Part shown: one piece after another, positions 12,188-23,904 of the stretch | How positions within the stretch are numbered: the stretch's first letter is position 1 | Layout of the letters: each line of letters opens with the position of its first letter | Origin: Eukaryota sp. GEM-RC1 | Taxonomy: Eukaryota | Length of the DNA stretch: 64,000 bases | Assembly (NCBI GenBank): GCA_040285855.1 | Contig: JAUFOQ010000001.1 | Coordinates: 682,001-746,000, forward strand | Direction of reading: 5' to 3' | Translations under genes and position numbers: made by a program | The notes under the pieces: generated by a model | What the model was told of the DNA's origin: nothing | Seen by the model: the letters and a program-made list of their open reading frames with translations, nothing else | Databases searched by the model: none

Positions 12188-13386
12188 ATGATGTAAAAGG
12201 AATAGTTGATTCGAAACTCTTAGCTTGCAAGTTGTGGTTTGAGCATCCTTGTATCCATTGTGATTTGGTGAAGAGTGACACATATTCATTTTTTGTGAGA
12301 AATAATATTATATGACGAACTGTCAACACCACACTAACGACAAAATGTTGATCCTTTTCCAAATATTTGTTGGTGCTTTCACCAATGGAATGAAGAAAAG
12401 CTTGTCTATTGACCTTTACAAGAAAGAAGAACTACTGCCACGTCACTATTCACTAACATATTGATCCATACACACGCACTATGTTGTAGAATTCCTACAT
12501 GAGGTAGATAAACCAACGCCAACTTAAAATATTGCTCAAAACCGGAAGTACTACATTACACTGCAATTGTAACATGTTTGCAATATATTGTACAGTCTCT
12601 TATACGGCGCTATACTCAGCATTCGCAAAATACAGCAACTATAAGAACACGAAAAGTATTCAGGACAAATGTAATCGAGATAGTAGTGAAAATATACTCT
12701 TGGTTCTTTTTGATCCCTTATTGATCCAAACACCAAAACACTATTGATCTTCTATTTTAAGAGAAAACCACCAGTGTTAATCCCCCACGAGAGCATGATG
12801 TACAGTTTTCCAACTGTTTCAGTTTCAAGTGCAAAACACGTCACGTTGTATGGGATATGAAGAACAAATCTTGTTAGCAATCAGTGATCAACTCCATCAA
12901 CATAATTCTCATTATAAATGTCTTTATGGACTGTCGAAACTCATTGACCAGAAATGAAACCATTTTCATCTATTTTTGCCCTTCATTCAAAACAGTTCGA
13001 TAATCATTGCACAAGTGTCAGTTTCCTTAATTACGGACAAGAAGAGTATTAAGTAGGTCTACCAGGAACTATGAATAGTAGTGTGGATAAAATGATCTGA
13101 AACACTCCGAAGCTGGGATACTGTATCATCCCCATTTTACAGAGTCAAACTAATAATGAAAGTACTTTAAAACAGAGTATATTATTCTGATCATCGTCAT
13201 CAATTGAAGAAAATATTGAGAACCTGTGCAATCGAAGCTTCTGGACACTGTCTAAAAGGTTCTGTATATAGCTCATCCAAAGAGTACAATGGATGATTCT
13301 GACAGTGAAGGATGAGAATCTCCTGGTATTTCTTAGTTCATTTGTTATCACATTTGTTAATGGAATTTGCAAAGTATGGTTCGAAC

Positions 13387-13487
13387 CAGAGTGAGCAAAC
13401 ACGTGTTTACCTTAACACGTGTCAACACGTGTCAGTACGTGTTGACACGCTACCAAAATCCTTAACACCACGTGTTTGCTCACTCTG
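13387..13487. mobile_element. 101-bp hAT-type MITE rich in CACGTG
   Basis: Perfect TIR CAGAGTGAGCAAACACGTG / CACGTGTTTGCTCACTCTG; flanks gttcgaac / gttcgaga (8-bp TSD, 2 mismatches). Confidence 0.75.
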
Positions 13488-13619
13488 GTTCGAGACCAGA
13501 CAGATTTGTGTGAGTCTTCTCAAGTCAAGTCAAGATTGACTTAACTTGACTCATCTCTTTTCAACATGTAAACTCGCATTTCCAATAAATTTTTCTTCTG
13601 GAACTTGCCCATTTGGATT

Positions 13620-14222
13620 ATGTTCAAAAGAGATCAAGAAATGCAAACTTGTCTAAAGTGGATCGAAGAGGCTTGTGTTGTTCTAGAAGTTCCTTCTGTT
13701 CTAGCAATCGGATACTTACAGTGTTTTTCTTCAGAAGATCTAGGATTTCCATCACTTTCTCCAGCTGTCAGTGCGCCTGCTGTGGTCTATCTTGCTTCCC
13801 GTGCATTGAACTGGGATCTTTGTTTCGACATCGACTCTCTATCCCTAATGACACACTACTCTGTTTCTACTGAGTCAATTGTCAACGCTGTCAGTTTATT
13901 GCTTCCTTATGGACAACGGTTTCCTCATCCATCAATGTTCTATTGTCAATTGTTTTCCAATTGGCTGTTTGATTATGGAATCTGTACACGTACACAGTCT
14001 ACACAACTGTCACAAAAATGTCTGAAGACTATAAGTATAATCAATTTCGATGCTTTAAGTCAACTGCCACCTGTCGAGCTTTCATGGTATCTGATTAAAG
14101 GCCATTGTGATCATATGGTTATTCCCTGCGCAACGAAGTGTTTGTCCGAAAATCTGGGGTTTCAACCTTGTAATGTAGAAAATGTTGTACTGTCTTCATA
14201 TGTACAGCACTTGATGATGTAA
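13620..14222 (+). CDS. Divergent cyclin-fold protein, copy 2
   Basis: Colinear, highly similar intact paralog of 9087..9689. Confidence 0.65.
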   Translation: MFKRDQEMQTCLKWIEEACVVLEVPSVLAIGYLQCFSSEDLGFPSLSPAVSAPAVVYLASRALNWDLCFDIDSLSLMTHYSVSTESIVNAVSLLLPYGQRFPHPSMFYCQLFSNWLFDYGICTRTQSTQLSQKCLKTISIINFDALSQLPPVELSWYLIKGHCDHMVIPCATKCLSENLGFQPCNVENVVLSSYVQHLMM

Positions 14223-15868
14223 AATATGTAAAAACAATCTTTATCACCACAGACTAGAGAGTAGCAGGTCATTAGATCATCATATATTTGCGTATTTTGT
14301 GATATACCCAAGCCTTGTGGTATTTGAGCTAGGTAAACTGTCATACCGGTCTTGGTAGGAATGGAAATCAGTGGATGGGGTAGATGAGCGGCAACACAGT
14401 GCTTGAGATGTCTCATTAGGTTCATGTCAAGGTCAAGGATATGGTTATTGCGTCAAACGCTCCATGAGAACTGACGCCAAGACATATATCCATTATTTAC
14501 TCATGGAATGAAAGTGGATTCTTCATTGGCAAAGTGAAGGAGAGTGTATGTAAATACAAAACAAAAGAAGATGAGTGGGTTGGTATAGATTCCAACCTCG
14601 TGTTTTGCGGGTTTAAGTTGGTGTGGATGTGCATGTAGCGATGGTAGACAAATCGGCAACTGTGGGACCTAGTTACCTTTAAAACTAACAAAAGTTCTGT
14701 CAGGTTCACAAAACCGCAACCTCTTGCCTTTGATTACAGTACTTCGTTTCTAAACGTTTCAATACAATGCAGATGGAAGAACATGTCTCTAACATATCGC
14801 TGTAACCATCAATCAGGTATCTTCTACCATCTACATCTATACGAGAGTTGATCTGTGTATATCTGGGAATCGTGTCTGCACGTATTTCTGTGTCTTAATA
14901 GAAACCCTACAGAACTCTACACCAATCAGTGTTCTACAACCTCAAGCTCAAGACTTCTATTACTCTGACTCGTGAACCCAAATCAACTTACTATTCACTT
15001 TAAACGACATCAACTTACTTAGAGTTCAGCTTCTCAACTTCTTTAATTAACTTTGGTGTTGGTTTCGATCCGCCTATGATTATGAACGATCCGTAGTTCC
15101 TACTTTGATATACCATAACACAATTTTGACATGACATGACCACATAATGCCATACCGTCATGGACGCATGGAAGTTATGACACATCACTGGTTTTTTCGA
15201 TCTTCAGCAATACATCTTTCACATCACACCGTATTAATTGGATGTCTTGTCCTCAACAGGAGAGTTGAACTGTTCTTGACACCTTCATTGTGGTATGGCT
15301 GACCACCCGCTGTTTCTGGTTCGTTGACAGGAATCTTGCCATTCTCGATCTACAACAAGTTCTCCCATAATCTGTCTCAATCAAAAACACAAAAACTTCC
15401 ATTGCTCTGTCTCATGAACGTAAATCAATCTAACTTGTTCTAGAAGACATCAAGTTCTATAGAGCTGTCTATCAATAGAACTGGAGCCAATCTAACGACT
15501 ATAGACTGGACTCAGTTTGTAAACTAAATCGTTGTCTGCTCTCATCAGCTGTAGAATAGTTCTTTGTGTGTTCATAAACAGTTAGTCTGCTCTGTCTACT
15601 ATTGTTAGCGTACCGTAGCAACCCCGACAGCCGCCCTGGAACCAAAATGTTCAAACCAAAAGTGGAACGATGGCCATTTCTGTAGGTTAATGGAACGACC
15701 ATATCGGAAGGTACAACAGAGTGTATTCAACGCATGTTAGAAAACTGAAGTTCTTTAGTATCAGAACATCAAACCCCACTTTCAAAAACTGAGATTGTAA
15801 AGTTTTTCTTAACAACACCTTATTTTTTATTCGAAAATAAAAACAAGATGATCTAATACTCAATGTCA

Positions 15869-16210
15869 TCAAAACAAGATTCCTTCGAATCGAATTTTGT
15901 TGAAGCTTTGTCTATAAAACACACTTAGGGATAACAAAGCTTTTGAAATCATTGTGGGAACTGCCTTTAGAATCGTAAAGACAATTCGATTCTGCCAAAA
16001 AGAACGATCAAATATTTTGTTGGTTCTACGAGCTACAACTTTTGCAAATTCATCAAAGACCTTCAAGGCCAATTTGCCTAATCTACCATATATGGAAATC
16101 GCAAATGGGACAAGTGAATATTCAACATGGACAATGTGTTTCAGTTCTTTCAAAGGATCAGCATACTTTCTTTGCTTGTTATTTTCAGCAATGTCTAAAG
16201 GTGAAATTGT
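15869..16210 (-). mobile_element. RLE non-LTR retrotransposon 3' fragment
   Basis: AENNKQRKY...LVPFAISIYGRLG...FDRSFWQNRIVFTILK; A-rich tail downstream (~15820-15845). Confidence 0.7.
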
Positions 16211-17105
16211 AAAGTAGTGTTAGTGAATAGTGACGTGGCAGTAGTTCTTTTTTCTTGTATAGATCAATAAACAAGCTTTTCTTCATTCTATTGGTGAAAG
16301 CACCAACAGTAGATGACCAAGTAACGTCCCTTACATTACAATGTACACGATTGTTTCTGAAACACTCAGTGTGATTATCATGCGGCGATGGCTCATCAAC
16401 AATTGTGCACATTTAGTCTTAGCACAAAAATGGAAAGATGACTTCAATAGAAGCGGCTATAATGTTCCTTTACTTTCTTTGACGATCGATTGTTGGAAAA
16501 AACAATTTGGTTCCATCATTACATCATGATAATGGATACTAGAATACGAATACTGTACTTCATCACAGTTCTGAGTTACTTTATTAATTAATTGACAAAA
16601 AATGATTAAAACAGAGTGAGTGTGGTAGTGGCTTCACACTGAGTGCCAGAGCACACTCGGTAACTTAGCTTTTAATCAATTTTAGTTGTGTACTCACTCC
16701 TTTGGTTTTGTGCTCTACATTGGAGTTACAAATACTGGTGCATAATAGTTGTTCCAGACCCGTTTTATTTTTTTTTGTGTTTGTCGTGGAATCAGGGTTC
16801 GTCTAAAGATCAATTCGATTCAATTCTTAGAGCTTCGAATCAGCCATTGCTCTTAGTCTTGGTCTCCAATGTCACTTGAGTCAATTGTATGAGTCCACCA
16901 CTGATTATAACGTCAACCACTATTAGACTTATATCATTTTGAGTGAGTCAGCTGAAACCAGGTTTAGCTTGACTTGACTTGACTCTTTTATCATGCTGGG
17001 AGTGTGAACATGTTGTAAATGAAAGGACACGTGGTTTCACTCTCTTTTCCAACAAAATTTCTTCTGGAACTTGCCGTTTTGGATCAGTTCAAAAATGATC
17101 AAGAA

Positions 17106-17687
17106 ATGCTCACTTGTCAAAAGTGGATACAAGAGGCTTGTGTTGTTCTAGGAGTTCCTTCTGCTCTAGCAATTGGATACTTAGAGTGTTTTACTGCAGA
17201 TGATCTAGGATTTCCAGCACTTTCTCCAGCTGTCAGTGCGCCTGCTGTGGTCAATCTTGCTTCCCGTGCATTGAACTGCGATCATTGTTTCGATATTGAC
17301 TCTCTATCCCTAATGACACACTACTCTGTTTCTACTGAGTCTATTGTCAACGCTGTCAGCTTATTGCTTCCTTATGGACAACGGTTTCCTCATCCATCAA
17401 TGTTCTACTGTCAATTGTTTTCCAATTGGTTGTATGACAATGGAATATGTACACATACACAATCTGCACAACTGTTATAAAAATGTCTGAAGACTATAAG
17501 TACAATCAACTTTGAGGTTTTAAGTCAACTCCCACCTGTAGAGCTTTCATGGTATCTGATCAAAGAATATTGTGAAAGAATGTTTATCCCCTGCGCAACG
17601 AAGTGTATGTTTGAAAATCTTGGTTTTCAACCTTGTAATGTAGAAAATGCTGTACTGTCTTCATTTGTACAGAACTTGATAATGTAA
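17106..17687 (+). pseudogene. Cyclin-fold protein copy 3 with one premature stop
   Basis: Paralog of copies 1 and 2; TAA at 17478-17480 where paralogs have CAA; homology continues in frame to TAA at 17685-17687. Confidence 0.75.
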
Positions 17688-19355
17688 AATATGTAACAAC
17701 AAGCTTATCTTATCAGTTTAGGGAAGTGGTAGACCTTCAAATCTTGTACTCTATTTAGCGTTTGTAACATTAGTGAAAGAGAACTGACATCAGACTGCGA
17801 GTATGAAAACCAAGGCAGTGGAGGAAGCAGATGTGAGACATCACAGTTTTAAACCTAGGTTCACGGCTCCAGTTACAGAGTTGAACTTAACCAGAAGAAT
17901 TGACACAAAGAGACTGACATTACTGACTCATGTAATGGAAGTGGTTTTTTCATTGGCAAAATGCAATACGAACAAGAGTTTTTGTGGAGAGAAGATGATG
18001 ATATTGTGGGGTCGGTCTTGATGTTATAAAAACGATGAACGGAAGTCAGACACATTCTCGATGGACAAAACGCACAAAATGCAACCTCATCTCGATCAAA
18101 GAGTTTAGGTTCGAGACGTCCTTAAAACCGTCACAAACAAAAGACGGTGTCTCACACCTCACTATCACCATTTATCGGATATCTTCTATCATTTACAAGA
18201 ACATTAACTATGTGCTAAAATATGACATTGCATTGTATCAGTGTTTCTGTTTCTTAGTAGGAATCCTGCAGTACTCTACTAGAGGGTTCTACTCCAAGAT
18301 CTTCTCTCTGCTGAGCTATCACCATCTATCTCACTTAACAACATCAAGACTTGTGTTGATGTATCTCGTGAAACAAACTCAACCTGTTACTGGTTTTAAA
18401 AGCCATCAAGTTCCGTAGAGTTCAGCTTCTTAAGTTCTTTGAACAGTGCTGATTTGATGGTTCGATGTGACGCAAGTTCTCCTCATCGTTCCTCGAACCT
18501 CTCAGTAGAGTTACACAATGGACTAGACTCTACTGACCGTCCGTTAGACTACCGTTTGCAGTCTGTTCATACAGAGTTCTGATCAGCTCAATGATGAGAA
18601 GTTCACTGTTTTAACGTAATGTCTGATCCACCAATAGACTTTCTTCCAGTTGAACATATGTCTGAAGAGTTACTCTTCCTTCAGTAGCGAATCGATGGTT
18701 CCCACCCTTGAACGACTTACAAAGGACTGAACTTAGAATATTGAAGAAAATGTCATTCGTTACACTCTGAAACCTTTTATTTTCCTTGGAAGCCTTTGGT
18801 GTTCATCTGAGTTTTTTTTTCTGGAGTCTAGATTCATGGTGCCTGTAATGTAAACTTTCCCAATTTCTCATCGTTTTCGAACACACAATAAACAATACAA
18901 TATCAGTAGGTTGCTGATTCGAGGTTCTGTATCCTGTTCAATAACTTTTAAGAGTCACACTAAGACTCATTTCTAAGACCAAATATCGACTGTGACTGGT
19001 CATACTAACCGATTTACATCTTGGTTACTTTCACAGAACCAGTCTCTACAACTTCTGGGAGAGCGATGTCTGAGACTGAATCTAAAGGGTTCGATGAATC
19101 CACTCCTTTTTAGAGAATCATATGTTGTTCTTATCATGAAATGTAAAATTGATTAGGAGGCTGTACTTTTACGTCAAACAATACTATCAATCTTATACTG
19201 TGATTTAATCAATCAGTTAATTACAATTCGGAAATAATAGATTGTATGCACTTACAAAACTTCAAAATATCCATGTAAAATAGACAATTATAACTTGCTG
19301 TGACCAACACCAATTGTGAACAAAACTTTATACTATGCAAATCACTACTATTTAA

Positions 19356-21400
19356 TTAATCATATCCGATGCCATAAGTTGGTTCCTCCTCCACAGCAGT
19401 CTTCAATTCAGAAACAATACTCCTCAATCTCTTCACTTCCTCTTCATCCCCTCTATCCTGAGCCTGAGCTATCTTAGACTCAAACTGAGAGTAAGCTGTA
19501 GGTTGACTTTCAATCTTAGTCATTAAGGATTCAACTCTAGAGATATGATCTTGAAACTCCTTCTGTTCTTCTTCAGAGCCAGTGGAAGCAGTTGTCTCAT
19601 TCAACTCTTGTAACTGACTCTTTGCTTTATCAATCTCAGTACTTCTTCTCTGAGATTTCTTCTCTAAAGCAGCTATTCTCAGGTCAATGTCTGAAACATC
19701 TTTACCTTGATTAAGAGCGGAATACCTAGCAGCTCGTAGTTTTCCAAGTTTAACAGCATTGTCAGTCTCTTTCTCTTCAAAATGTTCTACTTGTTTAGGT
19801 TCTGTAGGCTCAGGTTGTTCAATTGTTTCAACTTCATCCTCTTTAACATCATAGAATTCCTCTTCCTCAACTTCTTCCTTTGTTTCTTTTCAACTTCTGG
19901 ACTTTTCGTTTGTTCTCTTTCTTTAACTGTACGAGTAATGAATTCATCTAGATCATTGATAGCTACTTCAAACTCTTGAGCCTTGGCAAAGTCCAAATCT
20001 GAAACTAATTGATGATGTTTGAATTTCAAATCAGAGCTCAATGATTGTGCTTGTTCAACTGTAAGAGTAGAAAAGTCAATTTCTGGTACTGACAGTGAGT
20101 GCAAAGACCAACCTTTTCTATCTAAAACTTCTTGTAATTCAGTAATAAACATCTCAACTTGATGTGCATCGTATGGATTCCCTCTAGATGAAACAACTCT
20201 ATACTCATCATGTAACGTAGACATCACCATTTGAGCTGTAGTAAAGTCGTTGATAGCCCGTAGTCGAGACTTTAAAGACATTCTTGGTACCGGGGTAAAG
20301 GCAAGACCCCTGGATTCAAGATCGTTCTCTAATTGTTGGAGTTCATCAAGGAGTTTCTGTTGTTGATGATGTGATAGAGAGAGACCGTTGAGAAGGAAGT
20401 ATTCTTTCTTTTGTTGAAATGACGAGAATAGATCACTGCTTGATGGTTTTGGTTTGGCGATCTTTTCTTTTTTGATTGGTGATGTACTTGGGATTGGCCA
20501 GTCGTTGTCAGTCATGAGCTTTTTTAATCGGTTGAGCTCTTCTTCTACCTCACTTGCCTCTTTTGTTTCATCATTCTCCAAGTGAACTGACATTTTTGAG
20601 TGCAACTCCAAGTACAATGATTGAGCCTTTTCCTTTTCCAATTCTGATGACGTGACTTCTTCCTTTTTCTCAGGCTTCTTTTTTTCTTCGGGTTCCACAA
20701 GCTTCCTCTCTTCACTCTTTCTTTCAAACTCCGAAGGCGCTCTTTTCAGAGTTTCTTCGTACAAAGGAATGATCCAACCATATTGCCGCATGACTTCCTC
20801 CAATCGGTCAATTTCTTCCGTAACATCACGTGCTTTTTGATCTTCTTTGAGTTTCAGCAGAGAACTCCTCTTACTTTTGAGTTCTAATAACAGATTCTGA
20901 GCCTTGTCTTCATCAAAAGTTTCCACTTCCTCCACTTCAATTCCTTCAGATAGCTTTCTTGCATCATTAATGAACCTGGTGATCCTTTCATCAGTTGAAC
21001 GACTTTTAGAACCGGAAAGAGTCTCGACGATTTTGCCATCACGGTCAATCAAATAAATGATTGGTAGCTCCACGTCAGGGTTATCAACTAATTGACCTAT
21101 TGATCTGGCCTTTTCACCGTAGAATACAACCGTGGTCCTCTTTTCATCGTCTCGGAGTTCAGCACAGAAACTCTTGTGACGGTTGTCAATGAAGAGAACT
21201 TTAGAGGAGAGTCGAATTAGGCAAACAGTGAAGTTGTCATCGTGGTGGAAGGCATCGGAGCAGAGACGTCGCCAGCGGTTTCCTATTTGGTAGGCAGCTT
21301 TCTTTTGTGCTAAAATGACAATGTTGACTTTGTTAGGAACCGGGAGAGTAATGGATTCGTGGTTGAGAAGGTTACATTCGATTCTTGGGAACTCTGACAT
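19356..21400 (-). CDS. ATP10-like/thioredoxin-fold N-terminus plus acidic coiled-coil repeats; one frameshift at an A run near 19890
   Basis: FPRIEC...ITLP...W...VVFYG...LPIIYLIDRDGKIV..LSG resembles ATP10-like proteins; shifting frame at ~19890 gives an open frame continuous with ORF 19356..19604; start uncertain. Confidence 0.6.
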
Positions 21401-21704
21401 TGTTGGAGAGATATCAGCATGAGTGTTGGTGAGGAGTTCTTGGATTTGCACTTACTTCGCAGGTATCATCAGTGTAACTCCATGTCTGTAACTTTGGCTG
21501 TGATACGTGACTTTCATTGACATATTTCTGAAGGTCAAACTTAGAAGGAAACCAATTAAATAAAACGTCAAGTATATAATGAAGGTGTTTGGTGTAAACG
21601 AATAAGATGTAGAAGAAGTGATGTCTGGACTTCAAGAGTTCGAGTCAATGATTGAATTCTATCTCACTTCTTTGTGAAATCGTTCTCTCAAACAGTCAAT
21701 GTAG

Positions 21705-23882
21705 ATGTCCGAAAACATTGAAGTATATGCTCGTGTAAGACCCTATCCCCAATCCCCTGATAGAAAATTCGTTCTTCGTCCTGAAGATAATACCTTAGAA
21801 TTCCATGTTCCTCGAGAATCCACTGGTGGTCTTGTCAACAACTCTCGTGAAAACTGGAACTTCACATTCACCAAAATATTTGGTGAACAAACACAGCAAG
21901 ATGAAATCTTTGAAGTCATTGGACGAAAGATGATCAATTCTGTCATTGACGGCTACAACAGCACAACCTTTGCTTATGGACAAACTTCTTCAGGTAAAAC
22001 CTACACTTTAACAGGTCCCCCTGACGTCTCTGGAGACTATGAAAGCCGTGGTCTCATTCCTAGATCCCTCTCAACTCTCTTTGAAGAAATAGAAAAAAAG
22101 CAACGAACTTACACAATCTCAATCTCTTATCTCGAACTCTACAACGAACGAGCCTATGATCTCCTCAACCCTGACAGACAATCCGACCGTCTAGAAGATC
22201 TCTCAAAGGTTAACATTAGAGAGGATGATAATGGTCGCATTGTTGTTCCAGATCTGACTAGAAGAGTGGTGAACAACTTAGAGGATGCTCTAGATGTGCT
22301 TTGGGAAGGTGATATCGTGAGAGTCATTAGTTCTACTCCCATGAATGAGGCCTCTACACGATCACATTGCATCTTTACCATACATTTATCTTCGAAAGCT
22401 CATGATTCACATTTAGTTCGAGAGTCAAAGTTGAATCTAGTTGATTTAGCTGGATCTGAACGTGTTGGTGTTACTGGAGTCGAAGGAGTTCAGTTCAGAG
22501 AGGCCACGAGTATTAATTTGAGTCTCTTCTACCTTGAACAGGTAATTATGGCTTTATCTGAGAAAAACAAAGGACGAACTCATATTCCTTATAGAAACTC
22601 CCTCTTAACAGCGGTTCTGAAGGATTCTCTTGGAGGTAATTGTAAGACTGCAATGATTGCTACAATTGCAGGGAATCCTGTTCATATTAATGAAAGTCTT
22701 TCAACTTGTTCTTTTGCACAACGAGTATCACAAATTAAAAATGTTTCGAGAATTAATGATTCATTGGATTTAGGATCTGTTGTTAAAGAACTCAAGAAGG
22801 AGAATCGTCGTTTGAAACAGGAAATTGCTCTTTTAAGAAATGATGGGGAACGTGGGCCGATTACAGAGTCGGAAAAGGCTCAGTTGAAGTCAGATATTGA
22901 AGAGTTTGTTAAAGATTCGGCATTTGAATTTAATCCCACAGATTTTGTTAAAATTAGAGCAAGTTTTGAAATTTTTCGTGCACTTATTCTCGAACGCGCT
23001 GAATTTCCCAAACAGGAAGGTCAAGATCAAGACCAATCACAATCAATTGTATCTGCCCCTACAGATGAATCTGGTCGATTAGTCACTTTACAAGAACTTC
23101 TCAGCCAACGTGACTTTGAGATTGAAGTTTTGGTCGAACAAGCTAGAAAGAATGAAGATCTTATTGCTGAGTTAAGATCAAAGTTGGGATCAAGTGGTGA
23201 TCGTGATGAACGTTCTCAATCTGTTGCTGAGTCGGAGGTTGATAATGATGTGATTAATTCTGATGTGATTGTTCAGATTGCTGCTCCAATCACGTCATTA
23301 GGTCTTAATCACTCTGAAATGATTGAGCTATTGGAGGACAAAAACAGAGTTTATGATCATTTCAAGCAAACTTATTACAAACGTCATGAGGTTGAAAAAG
23401 ACAAAAACACACTAGCACAGCTATATGATCAAGCAAAGTCAATTGGAAGAGAAGCTGCAGATTTAAAACAAGATGTGGAATATTTAAAAGTTGAACTGCA
23501 GAAAAACCGTGCTGCTGCTGTTGCTGAAGGTATTACTGATGAAAACGAAGAATTACTAGCTGAAATGAACGAGAAGAAGCGATTGTATAAGGATTATCTA
23601 GCTCAAGTTAAACATTTAAAAGCAGAAATCACTCAGATTCATGGATATATGGAAAAGGTCAAAAAAACAATGCAAACCGACTTCAAGAACTGGCTCTCGA
23701 AGCAAAACGAACTTCTACAGACTACAGATACAAATGACACCACGCTACAACACAGACCTCGCCCCGCCAGTAAAGCAAACAAAAAGAAAAAATATGCAAC
23801 GACTGGAGATCCATCAGTTGATAAAGAAATAGAAAAGTTCTACAAAGTGAGACAAAAACTGATGGAAAGTTTTGAAAAATAA
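21705..23882 (+). CDS. KIF6: Kinesin-9 (KIF6-like) motor
   Basis: P-loop GQTSSGKT, N.ASTRSH, LVDLAGSER, HIPYRNS; NNSRENWNF and tail TGDPSVDKEI..F.K.RQ resemble KIF6. Confidence 0.85.
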   Translation: MSENIEVYARVRPYPQSPDRKFVLRPEDNTLEFHVPRESTGGLVNNSRENWNFTFTKIFGEQTQQDEIFEVIGRKMINSVIDGYNSTTFAYGQTSSGKTYTLTGPPDVSGDYESRGLIPRSLSTLFEEIEKKQRTYTISISYLELYNERAYDLLNPDRQSDRLEDLSKVNIREDDNGRIVVPDLTRRVVNNLEDALDVLWEGDIVRVISSTPMNEASTRSHCIFTIHLSSKAHDSHLVRESKLNLVDLAGSERVGVTGVEGVQFREATSINLSLFYLEQVIMALSEKNKGRTHIPYRNSLLTAVLKDSLGGNCKTAMIATIAGNPVHINESLSTCSFAQRVSQIKNVSRINDSLDLGSVVKELKKENRRLKQEIALLRNDGERGPITESEKAQLKSDIEEFVKDSAFEFNPTDFVKIRASFEIFRALILERAEFPKQEGQDQDQSQSIVSAPTDESGRLVTLQELLSQRDFEIEVLVEQARKNEDLIAELRSKLGSSGDRDERSQSVAESEVDNDVINSDVIVQIAAPITSLGLNHSEMIELLEDKNRVYDHFKQTYYKRHEVEKDKNTLAQLYDQAKSIGREAADLKQDVEYLKVELQKNRAAAVAEGITDENEELLAEMNEKKRLYKDYLAQVKHLKAEITQIHGYMEKVKKTMQTDFKNWLSKQNELLQTTDTNDTTLQHRPRPASKANKKKKYATTGDPSVDKEIEKFYKVRQKLMESFEK

Positions 23883-23904
23883 AAAATATTAATAAATTCA
23901 GGTG

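Noticed and set aside
15050..15110. tRNA suggested by GGTTTCGATCC
   Set aside because: No cloverleaf or A-box could be formed
17700..18450. Minus-strand LRR reading of the cyclin partner repeats
   Set aside because: Motifs shared between copies fall in plus-strand frames and no LRR periodicity holds
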